Below the pieces are notes generated by a model. It did no database searches. It saw nothing but the letters and a program-made list of their open reading frames with translations, and was not told where the DNA came from. This document shows positions 19,207 to 28,465 of a DNA stretch of 64,000 bases, piece after piece. A program made the position numbers and the translations under genes. The DNA lies in assembly GCA_965199715.1 (NCBI GenBank), contig OZ241322.1:958638-1022637 (forward strand), read 5' to 3'. The DNA comes from Vicinamibacteria bacterium (GTDB lineage: Bacteria > Acidobacteriota > Vicinamibacteria > Marinacidobacterales > Marinacidobacteraceae). The first letter of the stretch is position 1, and the number at the start of each line of letters is the position of its first letter.

Positions 19207-20814
19207 TTATCCGAGCGTCTCCTCGAAGCCGGGAGCCCGGCGATGCCGCGTCGCCTGTTCGAATGCGTAGGCGATGCGGAGGAGCACGGGTTCGCTCCAC
19301 GCCCGCCCGAAGAACGAGATTCCGACCGGCAGGCCGGAGACGAACCCCATCGGCACGCTGACGTCGGGGTAGCCCGCGATGGCCGCCGGGCCGGCGCTGC
19401 TGCCGCCGTCCAGCCGGTCGCCCTTGATGTGGTCCGTGACCCACGGCAAGTCGCGGGTGGGCGCGACGACGGCGTCCAGCCCGTGCTCGTCCATGAGCGC
19501 GTCGACGCCGTCCTCGCGATTGCCGCGCTGAATCGCGCGCAGCGCGTCCTGGTACGCCTGGTCGGTGAGCGGGCCGCGCGCCTCGGACGCGATCATGCGC
19601 TCCTGGCCGAAGTGCGGCATCTCGACGTCCGCGTTGCGTTCGTTGAACTCGATGACGTCGGCGAGCGTGCGGACCGGCGCGTCGGGGCCGAGGGTCGCGA
19701 GGTACGCGTTCAGGTCCGCCTTGAACTCGTACTCGAGGACGAGCAGCGGCAGCTCGTCGTTCCACGCGGCCTGGGCGAGGTTCGCCGGATCGATCACTTC
19801 CGCGCCCTCGTCGCGCATCGCCTGGACGGCGTCCTCGAGGAGCGCGGTGACCCGGGGGTCGAAGCCGGTGAAGCTGCGCGCCACGCCGATCCGGGCGCCC
19901 CGGAGGCCCGCCGGGTCGAGGAATCCGGCGTAGTCGGCGTGGAAGTTCCCCTCGGAGCGCGAGGTGGCCTCGTCGCGCGGATCGACCCCCACCGCGGCGC
20001 CGAGCAGGAGCGCGGCGTCCTCGACCGTGCGGGTCATGGGGCCGGCGGTGTCCTGCGAGTGGGAGATCGGGATGATCCCGGAGCGGCTCCACAGCCCCAC
20101 CGTCGGCTTGATCCCGACGACGCCGTTGCTGGAGGAGGGGCACATGATCGAGCCGCCGGTCTCGGTCCCCACGGTGAGCGCCGCGAGGTTGGCCGACGCG
20201 GCGACTCCCGAACCGGAGCTGGATCCGCACGGGTTGCGGTCCAGCGCGTAGGGGTTCCGGCACTGCCCGCCCCGGGCGCTCCAGCCGCTCGTGGCGCGCT
20301 CGCCCCGGAAGTAGGCCCACTCGCTCATGTTCGCCTTGCCGAGGAGGACCGCGCCGGCCTCGCGCAGCCGCTCGGCCACGAACGAGTCCCGCGGCGGGAT
20401 CGAGCCCTCGAGCGCGAGGGATCCGGCGGTGGTGGTCATGCGGTCGTGGGTGTCGAGGTTGTCCTTGAGCGCGATCGGTACGCCATGGAGCGGGCCGCGG
20501 ACCGAACCGGCGCGGCGCTCGGCGTCCAGCCCGTCGGCGATCTCGAGCGCGTCCGGGTTGACCTCGATCATGGACCGCAGCTCCGGGCCCTGCCGGTCGA
20601 GGGCCTCGATCCGGCCGACGTAGGCCTCGACGATCGAGCGCGCGGTGCGCTCCCCCGACTCCATCATCCGCCGGAGGTCGGCGACCGTGGCCTCGTCGAG
20701 CTCGAACGGAGGAATCCCGGCCCGAGGAGCCTCGGCGGCGTTGGGGGAGCAACCGCCGGCGGCGGTCAGGCCCGCTCCGGCGGCGCTCGTCTTGAGAAAG
20801 GCTCGTCGATCCAT
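19207..20814 (-). CDS. Amidase-signature family amidase, Tat-exported lipoprotein
   Basis: ATG at 20814 gives MDRRAFLKTSAAGAGLTAAGGC (twin-Arg motif plus lipobox). ALKDN and GSSSGSG amidase-signature motifs. TAA stop. Confidence 0.85.
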   Translation of the reverse strand: MDRRAFLKTSAAGAGLTAAGGCSPNAAEAPRAGIPPFELDEATVADLRRMMESGERTARSIVEAYVGRIEALDRQGPELRSMIEVNPDALEIADGLDAERRAGSVRGPLHGVPIALKDNLDTHDRMTTTAGSLALEGSIPPRDSFVAERLREAGAVLLGKANMSEWAYFRGERATSGWSARGGQCRNPYALDRNPCGSSSGSGVAASANLAALTVGTETGGSIMCPSSSNGVVGIKPTVGLWSRSGIIPISHSQDTAGPMTRTVEDAALLLGAAVGVDPRDEATSRSEGNFHADYAGFLDPAGLRGARIGVARSFTGFDPRVTALLEDAVQAMRDEGAEVIDPANLAQAAWNDELPLLVLEYEFKADLNAYLATLGPDAPVRTLADVIEFNERNADVEMPHFGQERMIASEARGPLTDQAYQDALRAIQRGNREDGVDALMDEHGLDAVVAPTRDLPWVTDHIKGDRLDGGSSAGPAAIAGYPDVSVPMGFVSGLPVGISFFGRAWSEPVLLRIAYAFEQATRHRRAPGFEETLG

Positions 20815-20851
20815 GGTCGCCCTCCCGGCGCCCCCAGCATACCGACCCGGA

Positions 20852-21733
20852 TCAGGCCCCCTTCCCGTCCCAGCCGTCATCCGGTCGGTCGAACCAGACG
20901 TGGACCTGGCCGGTCCCGATCGCGTTCTCGTAGTCCGAGTACATCCGCCCCGGGGCGCGGCAGGCCGCGCCGCCGACCGCGCCGAGCGCCATGAGGAAGT
21001 GCCCGAACCGCCCCTCGGGGGCGTGGCGGGCGAAGTCCGGCATGGTCTCGACGATCCGGTCGTGGCGTCCGGCCCGCATCCACTCGAGCCGCTCCTCGTC
21101 GGCGGCGCGCGCCTCGGGAGTGCGCACGTGCGCCGGATCGGAGGCCTCGTGCAAATGCAGCTCGGAGAGCGGCCAGAAGCGGTGGCTCATCCCGCCCGAG
21201 GCGAGGAACACGACCCGGCGGCCGGTCTCGCGGACCGCGTCGCCGAGCGCGGCGCCCATGGCGAGGAAGTCGTCGGGGTATCCGGTCTGGGCGCAGCTCA
21301 CCGAGACGACCCGCTCGCCCCGATGCAGATAGTGGACGAGGTTGATCGTCGGGTAGTGGACCGGCAGGTGGGGGTCGGCCGAGGCGTGGGCCCGCGTCCC
21401 CCGGCGGTTCGCGGCGGCGGCGGCGGCTTCGGCCAGCTCGGGATCGCCGGGATAGTCGTAGGCGACGCCATGCAGCCCGCGGGGCAACTCCTCCGAGGTG
21501 TAGATCCCGCGGCGGCGCTCCTGGGCGGCCAGCAAGTGCTCGACGGTGCTGAACCAGTGGGCGTCGAGGATGACGACGGTCTCGGGCGCGAGCCGGTCGA
21601 GGACCTCGGCGCGCAGGCGGCGCAGGCCGGGAACGAGGCTGATCTCCTTGCCCTCGTTGAGGCCGCGGCGCACCGGCTCGGGGAGCATGATCGTCGGGAC
21701 GTGCGAGACGAGGCCGAAGCCGGCGACCGGCAT
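20852..21733 (-). CDS. Class III (LigB-type) extradiol dioxygenase, HpcB/HpaD-like (homoprotocatechuate 2,3-dioxygenase family)
   Basis: ATG at 21733. Colinear with my recollection of E. coli HpcB: SHVPTIML, DAHWF, YTSEELP, YDYPGDPEL, ASGGMSHRF, IGTGQVHV. Confidence 0.85.
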   Translation of the reverse strand: MPVAGFGLVSHVPTIMLPEPVRRGLNEGKEISLVPGLRRLRAEVLDRLAPETVVILDAHWFSTVEHLLAAQERRRGIYTSEELPRGLHGVAYDYPGDPELAEAAAAAANRRGTRAHASADPHLPVHYPTINLVHYLHRGERVVSVSCAQTGYPDDFLAMGAALGDAVRETGRRVVFLASGGMSHRFWPLSELHLHEASDPAHVRTPEARAADEERLEWMRAGRHDRIVETMPDFARHAPEGRFGHFLMALGAVGGAACRAPGRMYSDYENAIGTGQVHVWFDRPDDGWDGKGA

Positions 21734-22530
21734 CAGGCGCCTCCCTCCGGGTCGAGGGTGCGGCCCCCGCGGAACGTGAACCCGACGCGCCGGAAGAAGC
21801 CGCCGAGCATCTCGACCGGGCGGAGCGCGTCCAGCTCCTCGGTCGGCGAGGGGAACGCCTTCAGGTCGGCGTCGCCGATCCACGCGGTCTCCGCCTCCAC
21901 GTCCTCCGAGCGGACCGTCACCAGCTCGCGCAGCGAGTCGGAGCCGTCGGCCTCCACGCTCGGCATCAGCCGATGGTGGAGCATCGGGTGGGCGTTCACG
22001 AAGCCGACGTCCTCCGCGGAGCCGGCGATGGTGAATCGGGCCTCGAGCAGCCGGCGGGAGCCGGCGGCGAGGGTCGCGCCGAAGCGCCCGCCCGGGGCCA
22101 GCCTCGGTCCGGCGCGCCCGATGAGCGCCGGTCGGGTCATCCGGATCTCGCCGAGCTTCTTGGGATATCCCTGGAAGTGGCCGCGGACGAGCGAGGCGTC
22201 GGTGTCCACCCAGATGAAGGCGCAGCGCGACCAGTCGCGCCCCCGATACCGGCAGCGGACCACGAGGAGGCACTCCCGGTACTGGGCGCGGATCGGGTCG
22301 AGGAGCTCCTCGCCGGACTCGCCGCACGCCTGCCAGTCGGCCCAGATGGCGGCGACGGCGTCCGGACGGTCGGCGACCGGCTCGAGCGGCGGCGGGAGAA
22401 GCGCCGCCACCGAGCCCTCGGGCGCGAGGTACTCGATCGTGAGCATCTCGCCCGAGTAGTGCCACGGCGGCGCGGCGAGCAGCGAGGCGCGCCCGGCGGC
22501 GGTCCGGGGAAACAGGAATCCGGCGCTCAT
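21733..22530 (-). CDS. Acetoacetate decarboxylase (ADC) family protein
   Basis: ATG at 22530. N-terminal PPWHYSGEMLTIEY ... LLPPPLEP pattern typical of the ADC family. TGATG overlaps at both ends. Confidence 0.75.
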   Translation of the reverse strand: MSAGFLFPRTAAGRASLLAAPPWHYSGEMLTIEYLAPEGSVAALLPPPLEPVADRPDAVAAIWADWQACGESGEELLDPIRAQYRECLLVVRCRYRGRDWSRCAFIWVDTDASLVRGHFQGYPKKLGEIRMTRPALIGRAGPRLAPGGRFGATLAAGSRRLLEARFTIAGSAEDVGFVNAHPMLHHRLMPSVEADGSDSLRELVTVRSEDVEAETAWIGDADLKAFPSPTEELDALRPVEMLGGFFRRVGFTFRGGRTLDPEGGA

Positions 22531-23699
22531 CAGGCGTTCCACCGCACCCGGACGCTCTTCGGCCCCCGGAACTCGAAGCCGCGCAGCTCGACCGGCTCGT
22601 CCGGATCCAGCCGGAGGCCGGGCAGGTTCGCGAAGAGCCGCTCGGTTCCGACGCGGATCACCTGGCGGCCCAGCCATTCGCCGACGCAGCGATGCGCGCC
22701 GAGCGCGAAGGCCGCGTTCCCGCCCTCGGCCCGCGCCGGATCGATCCGCTCCGGATTCCGGAAGCGGGCGGGATCGAGGTTCGCCGCCCGAAGGATTCCC
22801 GAGACCAGCGCGCCCGGCGGCAGCCGCTCGCCGCCCAGCTCGGTCTCGCGGGTCGTCGCGCGGGTGATCGTCCCGACCGGGGAGTACCGCCGGAGCACCT
22901 CGTCCACGAGCCGGCGCATGGCCGGGGCGCCGCCGAGGGCGTCGTCCCGCAGCCGGTCGTCCGCGAGCATGGTCCAGGCCACGAGGCCGATCCCGTCCCG
23001 GGGTTCGTTGATCCCCCCGGAGATCATGAGCCGCACGTCGTTCACGATCTCGGCGGGCGCGAGGCCCTCGTCCGCCTCGAGGAAGTGGAGCAGGCCGGCG
23101 GTCTCCGGGCGCGACCGGAGCTCGTCCAGCCGGGCGAGGACGGCGCGCTCGACCGCGTCCGCAGCCTCGCGTCCGACGGCGAAGGCTTCGGGGTCGCCCC
23201 CGAAGTTGGCGACGCCGGCGCACCGGCCCTCGCACCAGTCCCAGACTTGGCGGAAGTCGTGCGCGTCGAGGCCGAGCACGGTCGCGAGCGACCCGGCGCT
23301 CAGGAGCGCGGCGTACCCGGCGACGAGGTCCGCCTCGCCGTCGTCGCGCATGTCGGCGATGAGCGCGTCGCACATCCGGGGAAGCTCCCGCTCGACGAAC
23401 GTTCCGCTGCGGCCCGCCCGCAGGAAGGGCGGCTTCATCGCCCGCTGGAGCCGGGAGCACGCCGGCGGATCGAGGGTGAGCATGTTCTCGCCCAGGGTGC
23501 GCGCGAGGAAGCTCGGCTCGGTGCGGGCGCTGAAGACCTCGGGGCGGTCCTCCATCGTCCGGACGTCGTCCCAGCGGGTCACGAACCACATGTCGAGCGC
23601 GGGCACGAACTCCGCCGGAGCCTCCTCGCGCAGCCGGGCGAGGAGGGGGTCCGGGTCGCGGTCGAGGGCTTCCGGCGTGACGGATTCGGCGAAGGTCAC
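22530..23699 (-). CDS. Cytochrome P450
   Basis: 389-aa ORF with GTG start directly after the upstream TGA. Cys-ligand loop FALGAHRCVGEWL and ExxR (EVLRRY). I-helix reads GGINEP, lacking the usual Thr. Confidence 0.9.
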   Translation of the reverse strand: MTFAESVTPEALDRDPDPLLARLREEAPAEFVPALDMWFVTRWDDVRTMEDRPEVFSARTEPSFLARTLGENMLTLDPPACSRLQRAMKPPFLRAGRSGTFVERELPRMCDALIADMRDDGEADLVAGYAALLSAGSLATVLGLDAHDFRQVWDWCEGRCAGVANFGGDPEAFAVGREAADAVERAVLARLDELRSRPETAGLLHFLEADEGLAPAEIVNDVRLMISGGINEPRDGIGLVAWTMLADDRLRDDALGGAPAMRRLVDEVLRRYSPVGTITRATTRETELGGERLPPGALVSGILRAANLDPARFRNPERIDPARAEGGNAAFALGAHRCVGEWLGRQVIRVGTERLFANLPGLRLDPDEPVELRGFEFRGPKSVRVRWNA

Positions 23700-24974
23700 T
23701 CAGAGATAGGGCGTGTACTCGCGCCGCTCCCAGTCGCTCACGTGGGCGCGGAAGCGCTCCCACTCGCGCCGCTTGACGGTCACGTGCATGCGGGTGAACT
23801 CCTCGCCGAGCGCGGCGACGAGAGCGGAGTCGGCTTCGAGGTCGGCGAGGGCGCGCTGGAGGTCGGGCGCGACCGTGACCTTCGTTTCGGAGTCCTCGAG
23901 GCAGTCGCCGGTCTCTTCCGGCGGCGGGGCGAGACGCTCGCCGATTCCGAGACGGGCGGCGAAGAGCGTGGCGGCCACCGCGACGTGGGGGCCGCAGGCG
24001 CCGTCCGCCAGCCGGTGCTCGATGCGGCTCCCCTCGCCGCGTTCGAGCGGGATCCGCACCGCGCAGCCGCGGTGGTCGTGGCCCCAGTTGGCCCAGTAGC
24101 CGCTCATCTGGCCGGGGCGGAGCCGGCGGTAGGCGTTCACCGTGGGCGCGACCGCGCCGGCGAGCCCGGCGTGGTGCCGGAGCAGCCCCGCGACGGCGGA
24201 CCAGGCGAGCGGCGAGATCCCGCCGTCCCCGCCCGGATCATCGAAGACGTTGCGCCCGTCCTCCTCGAGACTCAGGTTCACGTGGAGTCCGGAGCCGCCC
24301 CGGTCGCCGAAGGGCTTCCCCATGAAGGTCAGGTGGTGGCCGCGCCGCGCCGCCACCTCGCGGGCGAGCAGCTTGAACAGGAAGGCCTCGTCGGCGGCGG
24401 CGAGGGCGTCCTTCTTCGCCAGCGTGAGCTCGAACTGGCCGTCGTCGTACTCGCTGTGGAAGGACTCCAGATGGATTCCGGCGGCGTCGGCGGCGTCGAG
24501 CACGGCCTCCATGACCCCGTCGGGGTCGGCGAACGGGCCCGAGCCGTACACGTGGGAGCCGGGGGTGCGGACCGACCGGTAGCCGCCGTCGCCGTCGGGA
24601 GCGAGGAGGTACGCCTCCAACTCCATCCCCACGACCGGGCGGCGGCCGTCGGCCTCGTGGGCGGCGACGGCGCGCTGGAGCACGCGGCGCGGGGACCGCT
24701 CGAGCGGCCCGCCGTTCTGCTCGAGGTCGGCGACCACGACGCCGTGGCCAGGGTCCCAGCCGGGCCGAATCCGATCGGGGTCGAAGACCGCGCGCATGTC
24801 GGGGAGGCCGTCGAGGAGCCCGGAATTCGGGTAGGCGTCCATCTCGCGGTCGAAGCCGAGCGCGAAGGTGGCGACGCAATGGCCGGTGGCCGCCGCGCCC
24901 GGACGGAGCAGCTTCCCGCGGGCGAGCCCGAGGTGGTCGGGCCAGAGCGCCCGGACGCGGCGGATGTCGCTCAC
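23700..24974 (-). CDS. Glutamine synthetase-like gamma-glutamyl ligase (PuuA/GlnA3-like type, not canonical GlnA)
   Basis: GTG at 24974 (GTGA overlap). GSGLHVNLSL, NAYRRL and AVRIP blocks of the Gln-synt_C catalytic domain. 424 aa. Confidence 0.85.
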   Translation of the reverse strand: MSDIRRVRALWPDHLGLARGKLLRPGAAATGHCVATFALGFDREMDAYPNSGLLDGLPDMRAVFDPDRIRPGWDPGHGVVVADLEQNGGPLERSPRRVLQRAVAAHEADGRRPVVGMELEAYLLAPDGDGGYRSVRTPGSHVYGSGPFADPDGVMEAVLDAADAAGIHLESFHSEYDDGQFELTLAKKDALAAADEAFLFKLLAREVAARRGHHLTFMGKPFGDRGGSGLHVNLSLEEDGRNVFDDPGGDGGISPLAWSAVAGLLRHHAGLAGAVAPTVNAYRRLRPGQMSGYWANWGHDHRGCAVRIPLERGEGSRIEHRLADGACGPHVAVAATLFAARLGIGERLAPPPEETGDCLEDSETKVTVAPDLQRALADLEADSALVAALGEEFTRMHVTVKRREWERFRAHVSDWERREYTPYL

Positions 24975-25555
24975 GGCGCGGGTTGTACCACCCTCGGGCG
25001 CAGGACGAGGAAGGCGATCGTCCCGCTGGCGAGGAAAAAGTAGAGCGGGTAGATCACGATGGCGAACTCGAAGCGGTCCACTGCGACGAGGTTGATGGCG
25101 TTCGCCGCGACGAAGAGCCCCCACGCGAGGCGATCCTCGGTCCAGGGCGCCTCCCACGCCTTCCGGATGGTCGGCAGCGCGCCCGCGAAGTCCACACCGA
25201 GCGTGGTGACGAGAGCGGCGACCGGCGTGTCGAGGAGCCACCAAAGGATCAGGCCGGCGCCCGCTCCCATGAGGCAGCCGCGGTCGAGGCGGGTCGCGCC
25301 GCCCTCGCCGTGGCGGATGCTCAGCAGGGCGGTCGCGAACGAGGCGACGAAGTAGGCGACCGGGACCCAGATCGTCGTGTCCGCGCCGGAAAACCAGTAG
25401 CTCGCGAGCAGGACCGCCCCGGTCACGCTCCAGATCCACCACGTGGCCCGATTCGGGCGGGTTCGGCCCCGGAGCGTGGAGACGAAGTAGGGGAGGAACG
25501 CGAGCAGCGAGAGAAGTCCGGCCGCCGCGCCGGCCGCCGCCGAGAACGAGGGCAC
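24971..25555 (-). CDS. About 6-TM membrane protein of unknown function (first gene of the operon)
   Basis: GTG at 25555. 194 aa with 6 hydrophobic segments. Stop overlaps the GS-like start. Confidence 0.55.
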   Translation of the reverse strand: MPSFSAAAGAAAGLLSLLAFLPYFVSTLRGRTRPNRATWWIWSVTGAVLLASYWFSGADTTIWVPVAYFVASFATALLSIRHGEGGATRLDRGCLMGAGAGLILWWLLDTPVAALVTTLGVDFAGALPTIRKAWEAPWTEDRLAWGLFVAANAINLVAVDRFEFAIVIYPLYFFLASGTIAFLVLRPRVVQPAP

Positions 25556-25592
25556 GAGGCGCGAGCCTAACTCGGGGTACGCTCGGGGGCCG

Positions 25593-27077
25593 ATGCGCCG
25601 ACTCGTCCTCTTCGCGCTCCTGGCCGTGGGATGCGCCCCCGAGCCCGTCGCGACCCGGGCCGAGCTCGAAACGCTCTTCGACGACATCCTCGAGAAGACC
25701 GAGCGCCGCGAGGCGTTCTCGCCGGTCAAGGAGGCGCGACTGGACTTCTCGCCGCTCGACGGGATGCGCCGCCTTCGGGAGGAGTTCGTCGGCGCGCGGA
25801 CGGAGGCCGAACTGTGGTGGGCGCTCGTGAAGCTCAGCAACGCCCGCCGCGACCGCCACCTGTCGGTGCGCCCGGCGGAGGGCGGCCTCGCGGCTCCCGG
25901 CGCTCCGGCGCTCGCCGCCCCGATCCTCGTGCTCGCGGACTTCGCCGACCTCGACCGGCCGTCGTTCTTCGACGCGGAGAGCGGGGACCGGATCGTCGAG
26001 GTGAACGGCCGAACCATCCCGGAGTACGTCGCCGCGTTCCGGCCGTGGATCCGCCACTCGTCACGGCACGGGCTGTACTGGTGGATGGCGCGGGAACTGC
26101 CGCGGATCGTCCCCGGCGTTCCTCCGGAGCTCTACCGGGAGACGCTCGACCTCGCGCTCGAGGACGACGCGGGCGAGCGGTACGAGCGGTCGCTGGCCTA
26201 CGGGGACTGCGCGACCCACTGCCGGGAGCTGCGACCCGAGTATCCGGGGTTCGAGCCGCTGCTGGAGCGCGAGAACTTCCACGTCTTGCGGAGCGCGGAC
26301 GACGGCGTCGTGCTGCTGCGCTGGCTGGACTTCGAGTTCAGTCTGATCAAGGACGTGATGGATCTCATGGAGCTCGCCGAAACCGACGAGCTCCTCGATC
26401 ACGACCTCGTCATCGACGTGCGCGGGAGCAGCGGCGGCTCCCACGGGGCCTACGCGATCCAGCGGCTCGTGAACGAGCCGTTCCGGACCACGTTCGGAAA
26501 CGTGCGGATCAGCGACGCGGGCGAGGCGCTCATCGAGCGCTTCGCCGCGATGGAGCCCGACGGCGGCGCGCCGGAGATCCTCGGGCTGAACCTGAGCCGG
26601 GAATGGCTCGTCGAGTGGGCGCGGACCGACGGCCGGGAATCCGTCCGGCGCGGCTACGAGTACACGCCCCCGACCCCGTTCAAGCTGGCCCACCTGCCCC
26701 GGGACGCGAGCGGGACGCTCGATCCGGCGCCGACGCACTTCCGGGGACGGACGGTCATCCTGAGCGGGCCGCACGGCGGCTCCCACCTCGACCAGTTCGT
26801 CTCGATGTTCAAGGACAACGATCTGGCCGTGGTCGTCGGGATGCCGCCGGGCGGCTACAGCAACACCTGGGAGCACGAGGAGACGCTGGTTCTGCCCGGC
26901 TCCGGGCGGCCGCTGGCCACGTTCATGTGGAACGTCGGGCACACGCTGCGCCCCAACGGGGAGATCCTCGAGGGCAATCCGGCCATGCCGGACGTCCCGC
27001 TGCCGCTGACGCGGGCGAACTTCCGGACCTGGGACCGGGAGCTGCTGGATGCGGCTCTCGAGGTCCTGCGCGACTGA
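25593..27077 (+). CDS. S41-family (tail-specific protease-like) peptidase, lipoprotein
   Basis: 494-aa ORF. Lipobox LLAVGCA. DVRGSSGGS block typical of the S41 catalytic domain. Confidence 0.7.
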   Translation: MRRLVLFALLAVGCAPEPVATRAELETLFDDILEKTERREAFSPVKEARLDFSPLDGMRRLREEFVGARTEAELWWALVKLSNARRDRHLSVRPAEGGLAAPGAPALAAPILVLADFADLDRPSFFDAESGDRIVEVNGRTIPEYVAAFRPWIRHSSRHGLYWWMARELPRIVPGVPPELYRETLDLALEDDAGERYERSLAYGDCATHCRELRPEYPGFEPLLERENFHVLRSADDGVVLLRWLDFEFSLIKDVMDLMELAETDELLDHDLVIDVRGSSGGSHGAYAIQRLVNEPFRTTFGNVRISDAGEALIERFAAMEPDGGAPEILGLNLSREWLVEWARTDGRESVRRGYEYTPPTPFKLAHLPRDASGTLDPAPTHFRGRTVILSGPHGGSHLDQFVSMFKDNDLAVVVGMPPGGYSNTWEHEETLVLPGSGRPLATFMWNVGHTLRPNGEILEGNPAMPDVPLPLTRANFRTWDRELLDAALEVLRD

Positions 27078-27367
27078 TCGGTCGGCGGCCCAGTCCTCCT
27101 CGCCACCGTGGACGGTCGGCTCGGCGCACCACCGCTCCCGCATCGGCGCGACCTGGTCCATCGCGTCCCCGGGGAAAGAGAGCGCATCCTCCAGCACGAG
27201 CCGGTCGAGCTCCTTGCGGACGGGATCCTCATGGGCGCGGTGCGCGGGGAGGAATTCGCGGCCCGACCCGGTGCTGCGAGAATGGAAGAACCCATGGACA
27301 CCCGCTTCTCCGCCGGCAAGCTGGCGGCGGAGCGCCACCGCAGGCGGCCGAGGCGGCGCATCCGGGC

Positions 27368-28465
27368 GTGACCGGCGGCCGGCTCCACTCGCTGGACGTC
27401 TTTCGAGGCGCCACGGTCGCCGCGATGATCCTCGTGAACAACCCGGGGAGCTGGAGCCACGTCCATCCGCCGCTCCGGCACGCTCCCTGGCACGGGTGGA
27501 CGCCGACCGACCTGATCTTCCCCTTCTTCCTGTTCATCCTCGGAGTCGCGATCCCGTTCTCGCTCGAACGGCGGGCGGAAGCCTCCCCGGGGGCGTTCCT
27601 GGGCCTGATCCTCCGGGTCGCGCGACGCAGCCTGATCCTCGTCGCGCTGGGCCTTCTTCTCGCGGCGTGGCCGTTCTTCGGAATCGACGGCGTGCGCCTT
27701 CCGGGCGTGCTCCAGCGGATCGGCGTGGTCTATCTGGTCGCGGGGACCGCGGCGCTGACGCTTCCGAAGCGCTGGCTCCTCGCGTTCGCCGCGGCCGGTC
27801 TCGGCGGAACCGCGGCCGTTCTCGCGTTCGTCCCGGCCCCGGGCGGGATTCCCGGCGATCTCGCCCCGGGGACGAACCTCCCCGCGTGGCTGGACCGACT
27901 CCTCATCCCCGGTCCGCTCCACCAGGTCACGTGGGATCCGGAAGGGGCCCTCTCGACGGTCCCGGCGATCGCGACCGCGCTGATCGGCGTGTTCGCGGGA
28001 CGGCTGCTGCGCTCCGAACGGGAGGCGCAGCGGAAGCTCGCGACGCTGTTCGCCTGGGGGTTCGCCCTCGCCGCGGCCGGCTGGGCGTGGGACGCCTGGC
28101 TTCCCATCAACAAGAACCTGTGGACGAGCTCCTACGCGCTCTTCACCGCCGGGATCGCGTGCTCCTGCCTCGGCGCGGCCATGCTGCTCACCGACTTCCG
28201 GACCCCGCCGGCATGGACGCGGCCTTTCGCGGCCGCCGGCCGGAACGCGATCCTCGTCTTCGTGGGCTCGGGGCTGCTCACCAAGACGATATCGCTCTTT
28301 CCCGCCCCCGGAGACGCCTCGGCCTACGCCTGGACGTGGCGGACGCTGTTCGCGTCGTGGCTCGGGCCGCTGAACGGATCGCTCGGATTCGCGCTCGCGA
28401 ACGCAGCGCTGTGGCTCGGGGTCGCCGCGTGGCTGGACCGGCGGGGCGTCCGGTTGAAGGTCTGA
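27368..28465 (+). CDS. Heparan-alpha-glucosaminide N-acetyltransferase-like membrane acyltransferase (DUF1624/DUF5009)
   Basis: GTG at 27368. RLHSLDVFRGATVAAMILVNNPG N-terminal motif and about 10 TM segments. Confidence 0.75.
   Translation: MTGGRLHSLDVFRGATVAAMILVNNPGSWSHVHPPLRHAPWHGWTPTDLIFPFFLFILGVAIPFSLERRAEASPGAFLGLILRVARRSLILVALGLLLAAWPFFGIDGVRLPGVLQRIGVVYLVAGTAALTLPKRWLLAFAAAGLGGTAAVLAFVPAPGGIPGDLAPGTNLPAWLDRLLIPGPLHQVTWDPEGALSTVPAIATALIGVFAGRLLRSEREAQRKLATLFAWGFALAAAGWAWDAWLPINKNLWTSSYALFTAGIACSCLGAAMLLTDFRTPPAWTRPFAAAGRNAILVFVGSGLLTKTISLFPAPGDASAYAWTWRTLFASWLGPLNGSLGFALANAALWLGVAAWLDRRGVRLKV

Noticed and set aside
20815-20880. Longer amidase start at 20880.
   Set aside because: The ATG at 20814 gives a canonical twin-arginine signal (RRAFLK) plus lipobox. 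The upstream extension is Gly/Arg-rich and would come within 28 nt of the stop of the upstream dioxygenase gene (20852).
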